Position numbers and translations under genes: made by a program | Notes under the pieces: generated by a model | What the model saw: only the letters and a program-made list of their open reading frames with translations | What the model was told of the DNA's origin: nothing | Databases searched by the model: none | Source: a virus | DNA length: 64,000 nt | IMG/VR virus record: IMGVR_UViG_3300042390_000257 | Location: 2,477 to 66,476 of that record | Direction: 5' to 3' (one strand) | In this document: positions 8,237 to 16,426 of the stretch, piece after piece | Position numbering within the stretch: position 1 is the stretch's first letter | How the letters are laid out: each line of letters begins with the position of its first letter

Positions 8237-9505
8237 ATGGCTCGCATCAGCGACCTCACAGTTGGCAAAGAGTTTGAAATCTCTGCCAAAAAGTCCAAGA
8301 CAGTCAGCGCACGATTAGCCGACAGCACTCGGGTTGAAATCCCCGTGGGCGAAACAGTCGTCATCGTCACCAATGAAGTTGACCCCGATGGCACCGAGTT
8401 CGCTCGTTGCATCCAAGTCCGTCGCACCAGCGGTGAGGTTGTCTACCTCCTCCCGAAGTTGCTCTCGGATGGCACCATCGTGACCTCAGCAGTTGCGCCA
8501 GCAGTCAACGCACCAGCGTCGGCTCCAGTAGTCGTCGCACAGAAGCCCATCGTTGACCCGATGGATGTCCGTCTTGACCCGTACCGCCCATCATGGGACT
8601 TGCTCAAGAAGTATGTCTCACGCAAGTTGTTCGGTTCAATCAAGGACACCGACCTTCTGCTCCACTACTGGCGCACCCGTGACAACAATGGTTACTCAGC
8701 CAATGTCCTTTTTGAGGGCGACACACAGGCTGGCAAGACCATGTTCGTTCAGGTGCTCGCCTGCCTCGTGTCCAAGGAACTGGGCTTCCCCAAGCCCCTC
8801 CCAGTGTTCACCCTCAGCGGTTCCGCTGGTGTCACCGACTACGACTTGTTCGGTCAGTCGGTCGCACACATCGGTGCCGATGGCGTGGAGCGCCTCGTGT
8901 TCCTCAACGGCATCATTGAACTCGCCAGCAAGGTGCCATGCATCTTGTACCTTGACGAGATCAACATGATGCCCGAGCGAGTCACCTCAACGCTCCACCC
9001 AGTCGCTGACGACCGACGCTCGTTTGTCAACCGTCAGAAGGCTGTGGAGTCCGAGGGTGAGTACCTCATGGCTCAGACCAAGATGAACACGGGTTGCTGG
9101 ATTGTCGGCACCATGAACCCTGCTGGGTACCGTGGTACATCGCCTCTCAACGAGGCATTCGCCAACCGCTTCACCAAGCGCATCCCGTGGGGATACGACC
9201 GTGATGTTGAGACCAAGTTGCTCGGCTCGCCCAGCATGGTCTTGCTTGCGGAATCGCTCCGTGAGGCTCGTCGCCTCGGCTCAATCCAAACACCAGTCGG
9301 CACCAAGTTGTTGGTGGATGCCAAGAAAGACATTGACGCTCTTGGCGTTGAGATTGGGTTGGCAGTGTTTGCCTCGTTCTTCAACGAGCGTGAGCGCCCC
9401 AAGGTGGAAGCCATCATCAATGACAAGTCCATCCGCACCTTCTTGATTGAAGAGCAGGCTGGCAGAACTCCTCAGATAGTCGTCGGAGACGACGAACCGT
9501 TCTGA
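8237..9505 (+). CDS. MoxR/CbbQ/CobS-like AAA+ ATPase
   Basis: GDTQAGKT (Walker A), LYLDEIN (Walker B), GTMNPAGYRGTSPLNEAFANRF; adjacent to VWA gene. Confidence 0.9.
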   Translation: MARISDLTVGKEFEISAKKSKTVSARLADSTRVEIPVGETVVIVTNEVDPDGTEFARCIQVRRTSGEVVYLLPKLLSDGTIVTSAVAPAVNAPASAPVVVAQKPIVDPMDVRLDPYRPSWDLLKKYVSRKLFGSIKDTDLLLHYWRTRDNNGYSANVLFEGDTQAGKTMFVQVLACLVSKELGFPKPLPVFTLSGSAGVTDYDLFGQSVAHIGADGVERLVFLNGIIELASKVPCILYLDEINMMPERVTSTLHPVADDRRSFVNRQKAVESEGEYLMAQTKMNTGCWIVGTMNPAGYRGTSPLNEAFANRFTKRIPWGYDRDVETKLLGSPSMVLLAESLREARRLGSIQTPVGTKLLVDAKKDIDALGVEIGLAVFASFFNERERPKVEAIINDKSIRTFLIEEQAGRTPQIVVGDDEPF

Positions 9506-9582
9506 GTAAGCAATGTCCTCGCTGGCTGGTACCCCCACCAGTCAGCGAGGCTTTATCAACCACAACAACCAAAGGAAAACCC

Positions 9583-10071
9583 ATGAATCTATTCAAGAGA
9601 GTTGCGCTGGCGAATGCCGTTGTAGCGGAACACAATGCAGGAAAAGTACGGGCGGTGATTGCTTCCGAATACGGAATTACCGAGAACCAAGTTCAGTACT
9701 TCCTGAAGCATGCTCGTGAGGCTGGCTTGTTTGTTCGCCCCGTCAAGCGTGGTCGTAAGTCAAGCGCACAGACAACCATGCGCCGTGCCGAGATTGCCAA
9801 CCGCTACCGCTCAGGTGAGTCAGGCCCGAGTATCGCTCGCTCCCTCGGAGTGACCGTTGAGACCGTCTACACGAGCCTCCGCACCGTTGGTGTGGAACGA
9901 CGCAAGCGAGCCAACACGGAGCGTAACAACTCCATTGTGGTGCGCTACCAGTCGGGTGAGTCGGGCGTCAAGATTGCCAAAGACTTGGCAGTTACGCCCA
10001 AGGTCGTGTACGACACGCTCCACCGTGCTGGAGTTGTTATCCGTAAGAAAGAAGTTCTAACCAACGCCTAA
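9583..10071 (+). CDS. Multi-HTH DNA-binding protein
   Basis: Two clear repeats RY(R/Q)SGESGxxIAxxLxVTxxxVYxxLxxxGV plus an N-terminal HTH-like segment IASEYGITENQVQYFL. Confidence 0.8.
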   Translation: MNLFKRVALANAVVAEHNAGKVRAVIASEYGITENQVQYFLKHAREAGLFVRPVKRGRKSSAQTTMRRAEIANRYRSGESGPSIARSLGVTVETVYTSLRTVGVERRKRANTERNNSIVVRYQSGESGVKIAKDLAVTPKVVYDTLHRAGVVIRKKEVLTNA

Positions 10072-10078
10072 GACTTAG

Positions 10079-10107
10079 ACGGAGTGTCCCGAGTCGGGAC
10101 ACTCCGT
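10079..10107. repeat. Palindrome copy 7: ACGGAG-TGTCCCGAGTCGGGACA-CTCCGT
   Basis: 29-bp inverted repeat 7 bp after the HTH gene stop, followed by TTGTTGGCGATAGTGA. Confidence 0.95.
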
Positions 10108-10147
10108 TTGTTGGCGATAGTGACACATCAACCATAAGGAGAACCAC

Positions 10148-10456
10148 ATGACGATTGAGACGGGCATAGACCCGATTGCTGTTTTTGACGAGGCTGTCAA
10201 GTTACGACACCTCGCTGGGGCGCTGTACTGCGTAGCACTACATGCCCCATGCACCTGTGAAGGTGAACTCTGCCATGACCCGAATTGCGACGAATGCACA
10301 ACTGCTGTAAGTAATAACCAAGTATGCCCACGATGCATCAGCATGAGTAGGTACGAGGAATGGGTGGGCATTGAGACCCTCCCAGTCGTACACCCTCATG
10401 GGATATGGATTGGGTACAAGCCCGTAGAACCACACACCGAAGAGGAGACACAATGA
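10148..10456 (+). CDS. Cys-rich hypothetical protein
   Basis: 102 aa, several CxxC-like motifs, TAAGGAG SD. Confidence 0.7.
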   Translation: MTIETGIDPIAVFDEAVKLRHLAGALYCVALHAPCTCEGELCHDPNCDECTTAVSNNQVCPRCISMSRYEEWVGIETLPVVHPHGIWIGYKPVEPHTEEETQ

Positions 10457-10764
10457 CCATTACTGACCCATGCATCTATTGCGGTGAGTCCACCACCTTT
10501 GGTGCCACTCATCCTGACGGAACGCTCATTGGCAAGTTCATCAACCGAGTCCCTGCTGACCTTGACGGGTTTGCTTGCGGTGAATGTGCAGGCTTTGAGT
10601 GTGATGAATGCGACGCGCAGATTTACATTGACTGCGAGACTCGCGTGGAGTGGGAAGAAGACGAGAATGGCAAGTTCCATTACGGCAACTACCACACCGA
10701 GTGCTATGACGAAGCAAAACACGGTAAAGCCAAGTACGGCGAGAACATTAAGGAGACACAATGA
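10453..10764 (+). CDS. Zinc-finger-like hypothetical protein
   Basis: ATG 10453 after GAGGAG; CIYC, CGEC, CDEC, HTEC. Confidence 0.7.
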   Translation: MTITDPCIYCGESTTFGATHPDGTLIGKFINRVPADLDGFACGECAGFECDECDAQIYIDCETRVEWEEDENGKFHYGNYHTECYDEAKHGKAKYGENIKETQ

Positions 10765-11147
10765 GCACACAAGCCAGCGACTGGTATCTGTACGCTGATA
10801 CCGACCTGTTTGACCCCGAGAACACCATCCAGTTCTTCAAGTACTGGCAGGCGATCAAGGGCGAGCACATAGACCACTACCTCAAGCACAAGGAACTCAT
10901 TCCGCAATATGCATTGATTGAGAGGTTGGTTCGTGAGTTCCCTAAGTACACCGCAGAGCAAATGGATGAGTTGTTTTGCACTGGTTACGACACGGTGTAC
11001 GCCGATGAGATTGCCAAGGATTACGAAATAGAAAACGACGAAGAGTTGAAGGAACTGACCGAGAACCTCTTTGAGTACATCAAGTTACGCATTGAACAAG
11101 ATCGCCATGAGAGGGCGGTACTAAAAGCACTGGAGGAAGAATTATGA
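10761..11147 (+). CDS. Hypothetical protein
   Basis: 128-aa ORF, AAGGAG SD, ATGA overlaps. Confidence 0.7.
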   Translation: MSTQASDWYLYADTDLFDPENTIQFFKYWQAIKGEHIDHYLKHKELIPQYALIERLVREFPKYTAEQMDELFCTGYDTVYADEIAKDYEIENDEELKELTENLFEYIKLRIEQDRHERAVLKALEEEL

Positions 11148-11407
11148 GCCAGCAACAGGCTTACACGGGGAACTTAGGGATTACTCTTACCGTTCCTGAG
11201 GGGTTATATTTCCCCAACCAACATCCTGACCATACGAACACACCCGATTCGGTGTGGGGCGAAGTCGCCCGAGTAGTTAGGGAATACCTTGAGGGCATTG
11301 GTGCCGAGGTCAATGGAGTCTTCCATTATGCGACCCCGTACAAACACCCATACACCCCCCAAGTACATTCATCACACATCATCAACCAAGACATCACACA
11401 TCACTGA
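11144..11407 (+). CDS. Hypothetical protein
   Basis: 87-aa ORF, GGAGG SD. Confidence 0.65.
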   Translation: MSQQQAYTGNLGITLTVPEGLYFPNQHPDHTNTPDSVWGEVARVVREYLEGIGAEVNGVFHYATPYKHPYTPQVHSSHIINQDITHH

Positions 11408-11476
11408 GGAGTGAACAAAATGGATACAACAACAACAACACCACCAACACCACCAACGCCTGAGGAGGCAACCGAA

Positions 11477-11716
11477 ATGAATATCTTCCAAAGAAAACAA
11501 ATAGCAAAAGAAATAGCCCGCGTCCAAAAAACCAGTCAGTTTGAGATGGCAACAAATCTGCTGGAAGAAATAATGATGTTTGTTCCTGTGGACAAAGACC
11601 TCACCCCAATGGTTATTTTGGATGCACTTGGCTGTGCAGGGTTGTCACTCACCGTTGGTGAAGACGCTTCACTTACATTTATTGAAATGACAAAAAAAGA
11701 AGGAGCAACAAAATGA
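11477..11716 (+). CDS. Hypothetical protein
   Basis: ATG 11477 follows GAGGAGG and a C/A-rich leader resembling that of the gene at 629. Confidence 0.65.
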   Translation: MNIFQRKQIAKEIARVQKTSQFEMATNLLEEIMMFVPVDKDLTPMVILDALGCAGLSLTVGEDASLTFIEMTKKEGATK

Positions 11717-11877
11717 GCAGTAAATACAAGATCGTTCGTATGTGGAAATCTGATAAGAAAAACAAAACAATCAAGCGTGGACTCACGCTTGAACAGGCTC
11801 AAGCACATTGCAAAGACCCAAACACTAGAGAGGCTGGAGTTTGGTTTGACGGATACGAGGAAGAGGTAACGGCATGA
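11713..11877 (+). CDS. 54-aa phage protein (not in ORF track)
   Basis: [54 protein letters not shown]; AAGGAG SD; ATGA overlaps at both ends. Confidence 0.75.
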   Translation: MSSKYKIVRMWKSDKKNKTIKRGLTLEQAQAHCKDPNTREAGVWFDGYEEEVTA

Positions 11878-12230
11878 ACAAGACAGAGAAGAACCTAGTA
11901 ACGGAGTACATCAAACTTCACAACGAGTGCAAGGTGGCTGAGATTCGTTTGAAGGAAATTGAGAAGGCGCTCAAGCAAGCCATTGACGAGGGCGACGAAG
12001 TCGTCGTGGATGGTTATGCGCTGAAGCACATCGCTCAGGATCGTCGGTCGTTTGACGCCATTGCCCTCAAGGACTTGGTCTCACCGTCGCTGTTCAAGAA
12101 GATCACCGAGGTCAGTGTCAAGGCAAGCGCCGTAGATAGCGCCATTGAACTTGGTGCCGTTGACGCCGAGGTCATTGACGCAGTCACCGAGTTGAAGCAC
12201 TCGTCTTACTTGAAAGTGCTGGTGAAGTAG
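11874..12230 (+). CDS. Hypothetical protein with N-terminal coiled coil
   Basis: 118 aa; loosely similar in layout to 31156..31590. Confidence 0.7.
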   Translation: MNKTEKNLVTEYIKLHNECKVAEIRLKEIEKALKQAIDEGDEVVVDGYALKHIAQDRRSFDAIALKDLVSPSLFKKITEVSVKASAVDSAIELGAVDAEVIDAVTELKHSSYLKVLVK

Positions 12231-12526
12231 TGGCTAACTTTAAGCCAGTCTTCAAGATCAGGGTGACACCAAGCAAGGACTTAGTTGTCCTTGAGGTGTC
12301 CGACCCTGACAATCCTGAGGACTTCATCCCGCTGATCAAAGACGCCGTGGATGTTGCTTGCTACGAGATCATAGAGGTGTACAACGCCGAGGAAGGCGAC
12401 GCCCGATTCTTCCGTGACTGGGAGCATGCTAAGGCGTACTACGGCAATGAGCAGTGGCTCGGGGATGATGAGTTAGGTATCAGCCTTGACGACTTTGAGT
12501 GGGATGACGAAGATGACTTTTTATAA
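12230..12526 (+). CDS. Acidic hypothetical protein
   Basis: 98-aa ORF, GTG start overlapping the previous stop. Confidence 0.65.
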   Translation: MANFKPVFKIRVTPSKDLVVLEVSDPDNPEDFIPLIKDAVDVACYEIIEVYNAEEGDARFFRDWEHAKAYYGNEQWLGDDELGISLDDFEWDDEDDFL

Positions 12527-12926
12527 GGATAAAAGTAACTATCCTGAACCCCAAATCCCAAAACAATCACCGTACGCAAAGCCGGAAGATAGTTACAACG
12601 GTGACTACGAACGGTGGAGTCCAAAAGGTAAGCCTAAGCATAAGAAACCCTCAGAAAACATAAAGCAGGGTCAACAAAACATTTCCAACGAGCCATATCC
12701 CATTGAACCACACCTCACCGAAGACGAGCGTCTCAAAGTCAAGGCTATGAAAGAGGAGTCTCGTCGTAAGTTAGTGGAACTCACCAATCAACGAAAAAAG
12801 TTGAAGGAATTAAAAGAGTTAGAAGAGTTAGAAGCAACACAGTCATGCATGTGGTGCGGTGAGGTAATGCCAAGCGAAGAAGAGTTAGAGAAGCACGAAC
12901 AACAACACTTTGAGGAAGGTGACTAA
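12513..12926 (+). CDS. Hypothetical protein with C-terminal C2H2-type zinc finger
   Basis: CMWC-x12-HEQQH at C-terminus; start uncertain. Confidence 0.6.
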   Translation: MTFYKDKSNYPEPQIPKQSPYAKPEDSYNGDYERWSPKGKPKHKKPSENIKQGQQNISNEPYPIEPHLTEDERLKVKAMKEESRRKLVELTNQRKKLKELKELEELEATQSCMWCGEVMPSEEELEKHEQQHFEEGD

Positions 12927-13348
12927 TGCAAACATTCATACCCTACGGTGATGACTTCACCGCTAATGCCAAAGTTCTAGACCGACAACGCCTCGGTAAA
13001 CAGCGCGTAGAAGGTCTTCAGATTCTGAACACCTTGACTGGCGTCAGCACTGGCTGGCGTAATCACCCTGCCGTCAAGGCTTGGGTTGGTCACGAGGAGT
13101 TGCTTGCCCATTATGTGTTCGCCATGTGCGACGAGTGGACTGGGCGCGGTTACAAGGACACCTGCCGTGACAAGGTGCGGTCGTTGTTTACGACCATTCA
13201 AGACCTCGCTGACCTGCCTCGCTTTGGCTGGCTCGTTGACCCCGAGGTTGCTAACTCACACCGAGCCAATCTTGTCCGTAAGTTGCCTGCTCACTACGGA
13301 GTGATTTGGACAGGCGTTGACATATCAACCCCATACAAGTGGTCGTAA
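12926..13348 (+). CDS. MSMEG_6728-family / pyrimidine-dimer DNA glycosylase (DenV-like)
   Basis: MQTFIPY...LDRQRLGKQRVEGLQIL...GWRNHPAVKAWVG...SHRANLVRK. Confidence 0.85.
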   Translation: MQTFIPYGDDFTANAKVLDRQRLGKQRVEGLQILNTLTGVSTGWRNHPAVKAWVGHEELLAHYVFAMCDEWTGRGYKDTCRDKVRSLFTTIQDLADLPRFGWLVDPEVANSHRANLVRKLPAHYGVIWTGVDISTPYKWS

Positions 13349-13357
13349 GGAGCCGAC

Positions 13358-13543
13358 ATGACCGATCAAGGAGCAATGCGCGTTGCTTACCTCAACGCTC
13401 TACACCAAGGATTAGCCACCGCTGAAGAAGACCTACGGGCTTTGTTAGGTGTCGCCCGTGTTCTCTTAGAGCGAGGCGACTTATCCACAGAGGATTACGA
13501 CGAGTTGGCGGCGAGGATCACCGCTTGCGAATCCCTTGGCTAG
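13358..13543 (+). CDS. Hypothetical protein
   Basis: 61-aa ORF, TAAGGAG SD. Confidence 0.65.
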   Translation: MTDQGAMRVAYLNALHQGLATAEEDLRALLGVARVLLERGDLSTEDYDELAARITACESLG

Positions 13544-13559
13544 TTTCTTATATAAAAGT

Positions 13560-13610
13560 AACCCCCCTCCCGTGACCCTTGTGGGTTGCGAGAGGGGGGT
13601 TCTTTTTTTT
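13560..13610 (+). terminator. Intrinsic terminator between the convergent + and - arms
   Basis: AACCCCCCTC...GAGGGGGGTT stem followed by T8. Confidence 0.85.
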
Positions 13611-13625
13611 GTTTACGGCTTAAAC

Positions 13626-14048
13626 CTATTTGTTTTGTCGTAGTCGTTCGCGGATAGTTTTCTCGCTGGTCTTGAAGATCACGGAAGCCTGAGCAATGGG
13701 ATTCTCAGCCTTTAACTTTCTAAGGTCTCTTACGATCTGAGTAACAGTTAAATCCTTACTCGCTCTGCCCATGCCGACATCACGGCGGTTCCTTGGTGCG
13801 ATTCCTCCCCACAGCCCGTACTTGATGTGGTTGTTGAGGGCAAAGTCTAAGCACTCAAGACGAACTGGACACTGGGCGCACATGACTCGCTGTGCCGAGT
13901 AGTTAGCCTTAGCACCGATTTCCTCCTGAAAGAAGGCGTCGGTGTTGGCGCCTCGGCATGAGGCTTGATCTTGCCATTTCAGTTCTGTGTAAGTCAGTGA
14001 TGGTAGTTCTACATGTCGCTTGTTGGATGGTATTTTGGGTTGCATCAT
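13626..14048 (-). CDS. whiB: WhiB-family transcription factor
   Basis: WQDQASC...CAQCPVRLECLDFAL...GLWGG. Confidence 0.92.
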   Translation of the reverse strand: MMQPKIPSNKRHVELPSLTYTELKWQDQASCRGANTDAFFQEEIGAKANYSAQRVMCAQCPVRLECLDFALNNHIKYGLWGGIAPRNRRDVGMGRASKDLTVTQIVRDLRKLKAENPIAQASVIFKTSEKTIRERLRQNK

Positions 14049-15127
14049 TACTTTCCGTATTGGTCAAATATCTGTTGGTGGAGTTGCGCCCCGTATTTGA
14101 TGTCACGAGCCTTTACGCCCTCGTAACAGGCTTCTCCTTCTTCTACTCGGGCATCATAAGAGCGTAACGCATTGATGTGCCGAATCCAATCTGAGGGGCG
14201 CTTTGCTGTGCGACCAATTCCTAGTATGGACTTCAGGTGCGTGTATGAGTCAAGGTTCTGAGCAATGAACGGGATACCACAGGCGCTGTATTCAAGACCC
14301 TTGATGTCTGACTTGGCTCGGTTGAATGGGATGTCATTCAGGGGCACGATGCCAACATCAAAGTTCAATCCGCTTGGGTAGTTGAGATGGTCGGTCAATG
14401 GGGTCGTTGAGACCTGATCATCCTTGAGTCGTAATGCAGATGCCATGGTCGGCATGGATGGATGCGCTCCATGGTGGTGGAGAGTTATCTTTTCTGAGTT
14501 AACAAATGGGGTTATAACTCCAGCAAGAGTCTCTAGGTCTCGGCTTCGGTGACCCGTGCTTCCTGCCCAGCCAAATGTCGGCTTGGTTGACACAACATGT
14601 TTGTACTTGGGGAAGCGAGACACATCAATGTAATTGGGCACAAGGATGACTTTTGTACCCCGAGCGAGTTGCTTGATGCGGTCATAAAGGTACGGGGTGC
14701 TTACTGTAAGTAAGTCTGAGGCGCATAAGGTCGCTTTGTAATGATTGATATTAATTTCAGGACTGGTTTTAGGGTGTGTGGCGCGGAATGCTTGATTGGT
14801 TTCAGACAACCCCCAATACCAGTCATCCACATCATTAATAATGATCTGACCTTCTTTTTGAGCAAGTTTGATACGGAGGTCAGCCCCCCTGTGCATGAGG
14901 CGTTGCATCCACACGGCGTCTACATCATGGACTGCTCCATCAGCGTCGCGTATCTGAAACGCCCCATGCTGGGGATCAAAAATTAGAGTACCGACATGGA
15001 AAGTGTGACCAGTAATGAGGGGTAGGTATTGACCCACCCGTGCCCATCCTGAGCCACCCCATCTTTCAACACCATCGTCTACTTGGTCGGGACTAACCCA
15101 GTCACCTGACGCTACTCCAATTTTCAT
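14048..15127 (-). CDS. Glycosyltransferase (GT-B fold, family 4-like)
   Basis: GAGGAG SD before ATG 15127; NDVDDWYW, GWAGSTGH, DVGIVPL...FNRAKSDIKGLEYSACGIP. Confidence 0.88.
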   Translation of the reverse strand: MKIGVASGDWVSPDQVDDGVERWGGSGWARVGQYLPLITGHTFHVGTLIFDPQHGAFQIRDADGAVHDVDAVWMQRLMHRGADLRIKLAQKEGQIIINDVDDWYWGLSETNQAFRATHPKTSPEININHYKATLCASDLLTVSTPYLYDRIKQLARGTKVILVPNYIDVSRFPKYKHVVSTKPTFGWAGSTGHRSRDLETLAGVITPFVNSEKITLHHHGAHPSMPTMASALRLKDDQVSTTPLTDHLNYPSGLNFDVGIVPLNDIPFNRAKSDIKGLEYSACGIPFIAQNLDSYTHLKSILGIGRTAKRPSDWIRHINALRSYDARVEEGEACYEGVKARDIKYGAQLHQQIFDQYGK

Positions 15128-15139
15128 TTTGTGCTCCTC

Positions 15140-15156
15140 TGTCCCGACTCGGGACA
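15140..15156. repeat. Palindrome copy 8 (core only), abutting the glycosyltransferase SD
   Basis: Minus strand reads TGTCCCGAGTCGGGACA-GAGGAGCACAAA-ATG. Confidence 0.93.
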
Positions 15157-15164
15157 ATCCTAGA

Positions 15165-15683
15165 TTATTTACACGGGCGTGTCCACGGTATAAAACCGCA
15201 ACCCTTGTGGTGATCAAACCATTTGTACATTTCCCAAGCCCATGTGAAGTTCACAAGGGGGTCTTGAACCATGTCCCAACTTCCAAAGAAGTCTTCAACT
15301 TCGTTAGACCAAACTCCGTTGATCTGAAGGGGTCCATAATCTGAACCGTTCCATTGGGGGTGACCAGGAATTACATTTTGACAACGAGACTCTGACCATG
15401 CTTCCTCAAGAACATCAACTAATAGTTCTTGAGGCCAGCCAGCCTGTAGGGCAATGGGGGCGAGTTCCTCACACTTAGAGCCGAGAGGAACCAAGGTGGT
15501 TGTAGTGGTTGTTGGGGCAACCGTAGTGGTTGGTGGGGTTGTAGTGGTTGGTGGTGTCGTTATCACCACCGTTACTGGCACAATTGGCGCCAGTGTGTCG
15601 GTGCTCTGCTCGGGAATCGCGCAGGCAGTGGTTACTGTCAACAGTGTGGTTACTGCAATACTTACTTTATGGATTACTTTCAA
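15165..15683 (-). CDS. Secreted/lipoprotein SLT-like lytic transglycosylase
   Basis: AAGGAGG SD before TTG 15683; signal peptide ending TTAC; P/T-rich linker; ESRC...DYGPLQIN...PW. Confidence 0.78.
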   Translation of the reverse strand: MKVIHKVSIAVTTLLTVTTACAIPEQSTDTLAPIVPVTVVITTPPTTTTPPTTTVAPTTTTTTLVPLGSKCEELAPIALQAGWPQELLVDVLEEAWSESRCQNVIPGHPQWNGSDYGPLQINGVWSNEVEDFFGSWDMVQDPLVNFTWAWEMYKWFDHHKGCGFIPWTRPCK

Positions 15684-15775
15684 GGTTTTACCCTCCTTAA
15701 TAAGAAGACACATCGGAAGGGGTAGTCATGTGTCTTCGTCGGAGACGCAAGGTTTGCCTTGCGCCTTCCCACGAT

Positions 15776-16180
15776 CTATTTCAAGTTGGGGAGCACCTTA
15801 TATTTGAGTTCATCAATTTGGGTTGCTTCACCAATTCTTGGATAGACCGAGAGATCAATGTTTGGCTGGTATGTGTTGTTTGCGCCAGTGCACTTAGTAC
15901 ATGCACACCCCTGACGATATCGGGTAATAGTCCCGTGTCCTCTCAGGGTTGTCTTGCGCCCGACATTCCTTTCTTGTGGAGTTAGTCCACCCCACATACC
16001 GAATTTTTCCTCGTTATTATTACTATAGTCTAAACAACTTGCCCATACTGGACAACGATTACAGACCTCACGCGCAACGGCATAGTAGTCGTTGGGATTG
16101 GATGCTTCTAGTGGTGGGAACCACGCATCGTTCGCCAGCCCACGGCATAGCGAATCGCTCATCCAATCAGTTAGTTCCAC
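15776..16180 (-). CDS. whiB: WhiB-family transcription factor with extra C-terminal Cys/His motif
   Basis: WMSDSLC...CNRCPVWASC...GMWGGLTPQER; HGTITRYRQGCACTKC. Confidence 0.92.
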   Translation of the reverse strand: MELTDWMSDSLCRGLANDAWFPPLEASNPNDYYAVAREVCNRCPVWASCLDYSNNNEEKFGMWGGLTPQERNVGRKTTLRGHGTITRYRQGCACTKCTGANNTYQPNIDLSVYPRIGEATQIDELKYKVLPNLK

Positions 16181-16426
16181 TTATTCCCCCGATAGTCGTT
16201 GTTGGTCATCCCATTGGTCACGAACAACGCGCTTGGCTGTAGGAGATGTAAACCAGTTCCATCCAAGGGTTTCGCGTATCCACTCGCCCTGTTCCTCACC
16301 AACCGCTTCCACGATGGTAGGCGCAATATCGCTCCACCATAATTTGAATGCGCTCATGTGATCAAACTTTTCTTCAAACTCTTCAAACATCCCAGCGACC
16401 CTATCAAGGTAGACGGTGTCTGTCAA
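16181..16426 (-). CDS. Hypothetical protein
   Basis: 81-aa ORF filling the gap in the - strand operon. Confidence 0.65.
   Translation of the reverse strand: MTDTVYLDRVAGMFEEFEEKFDHMSAFKLWWSDIAPTIVEAVGEEQGEWIRETLGWNWFTSPTAKRVVRDQWDDQQRLSGE

Noticed and set aside
541-10107. Palindromic repeats as a CRISPR array
   Set aside because: Copies are 0.6-5 kb apart and separated by whole genes. The only Cas-related gene is a stand-alone Cas4-like nuclease in the recombination operon.
541-10107. Repeats as classical integron attC sites or IS ends
   Set aside because: No RYYYAAC/GTTRRRY ends, no consistent extrahelical bases, no target duplications, and no integrase or transposase in the window
11411-11476. 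T/P-rich N-terminus MNKMDTTTTTPPTPP
   Set aside because: Matches the C/A-rich untranslated leader style, with GAGGAGG before ATG 11477
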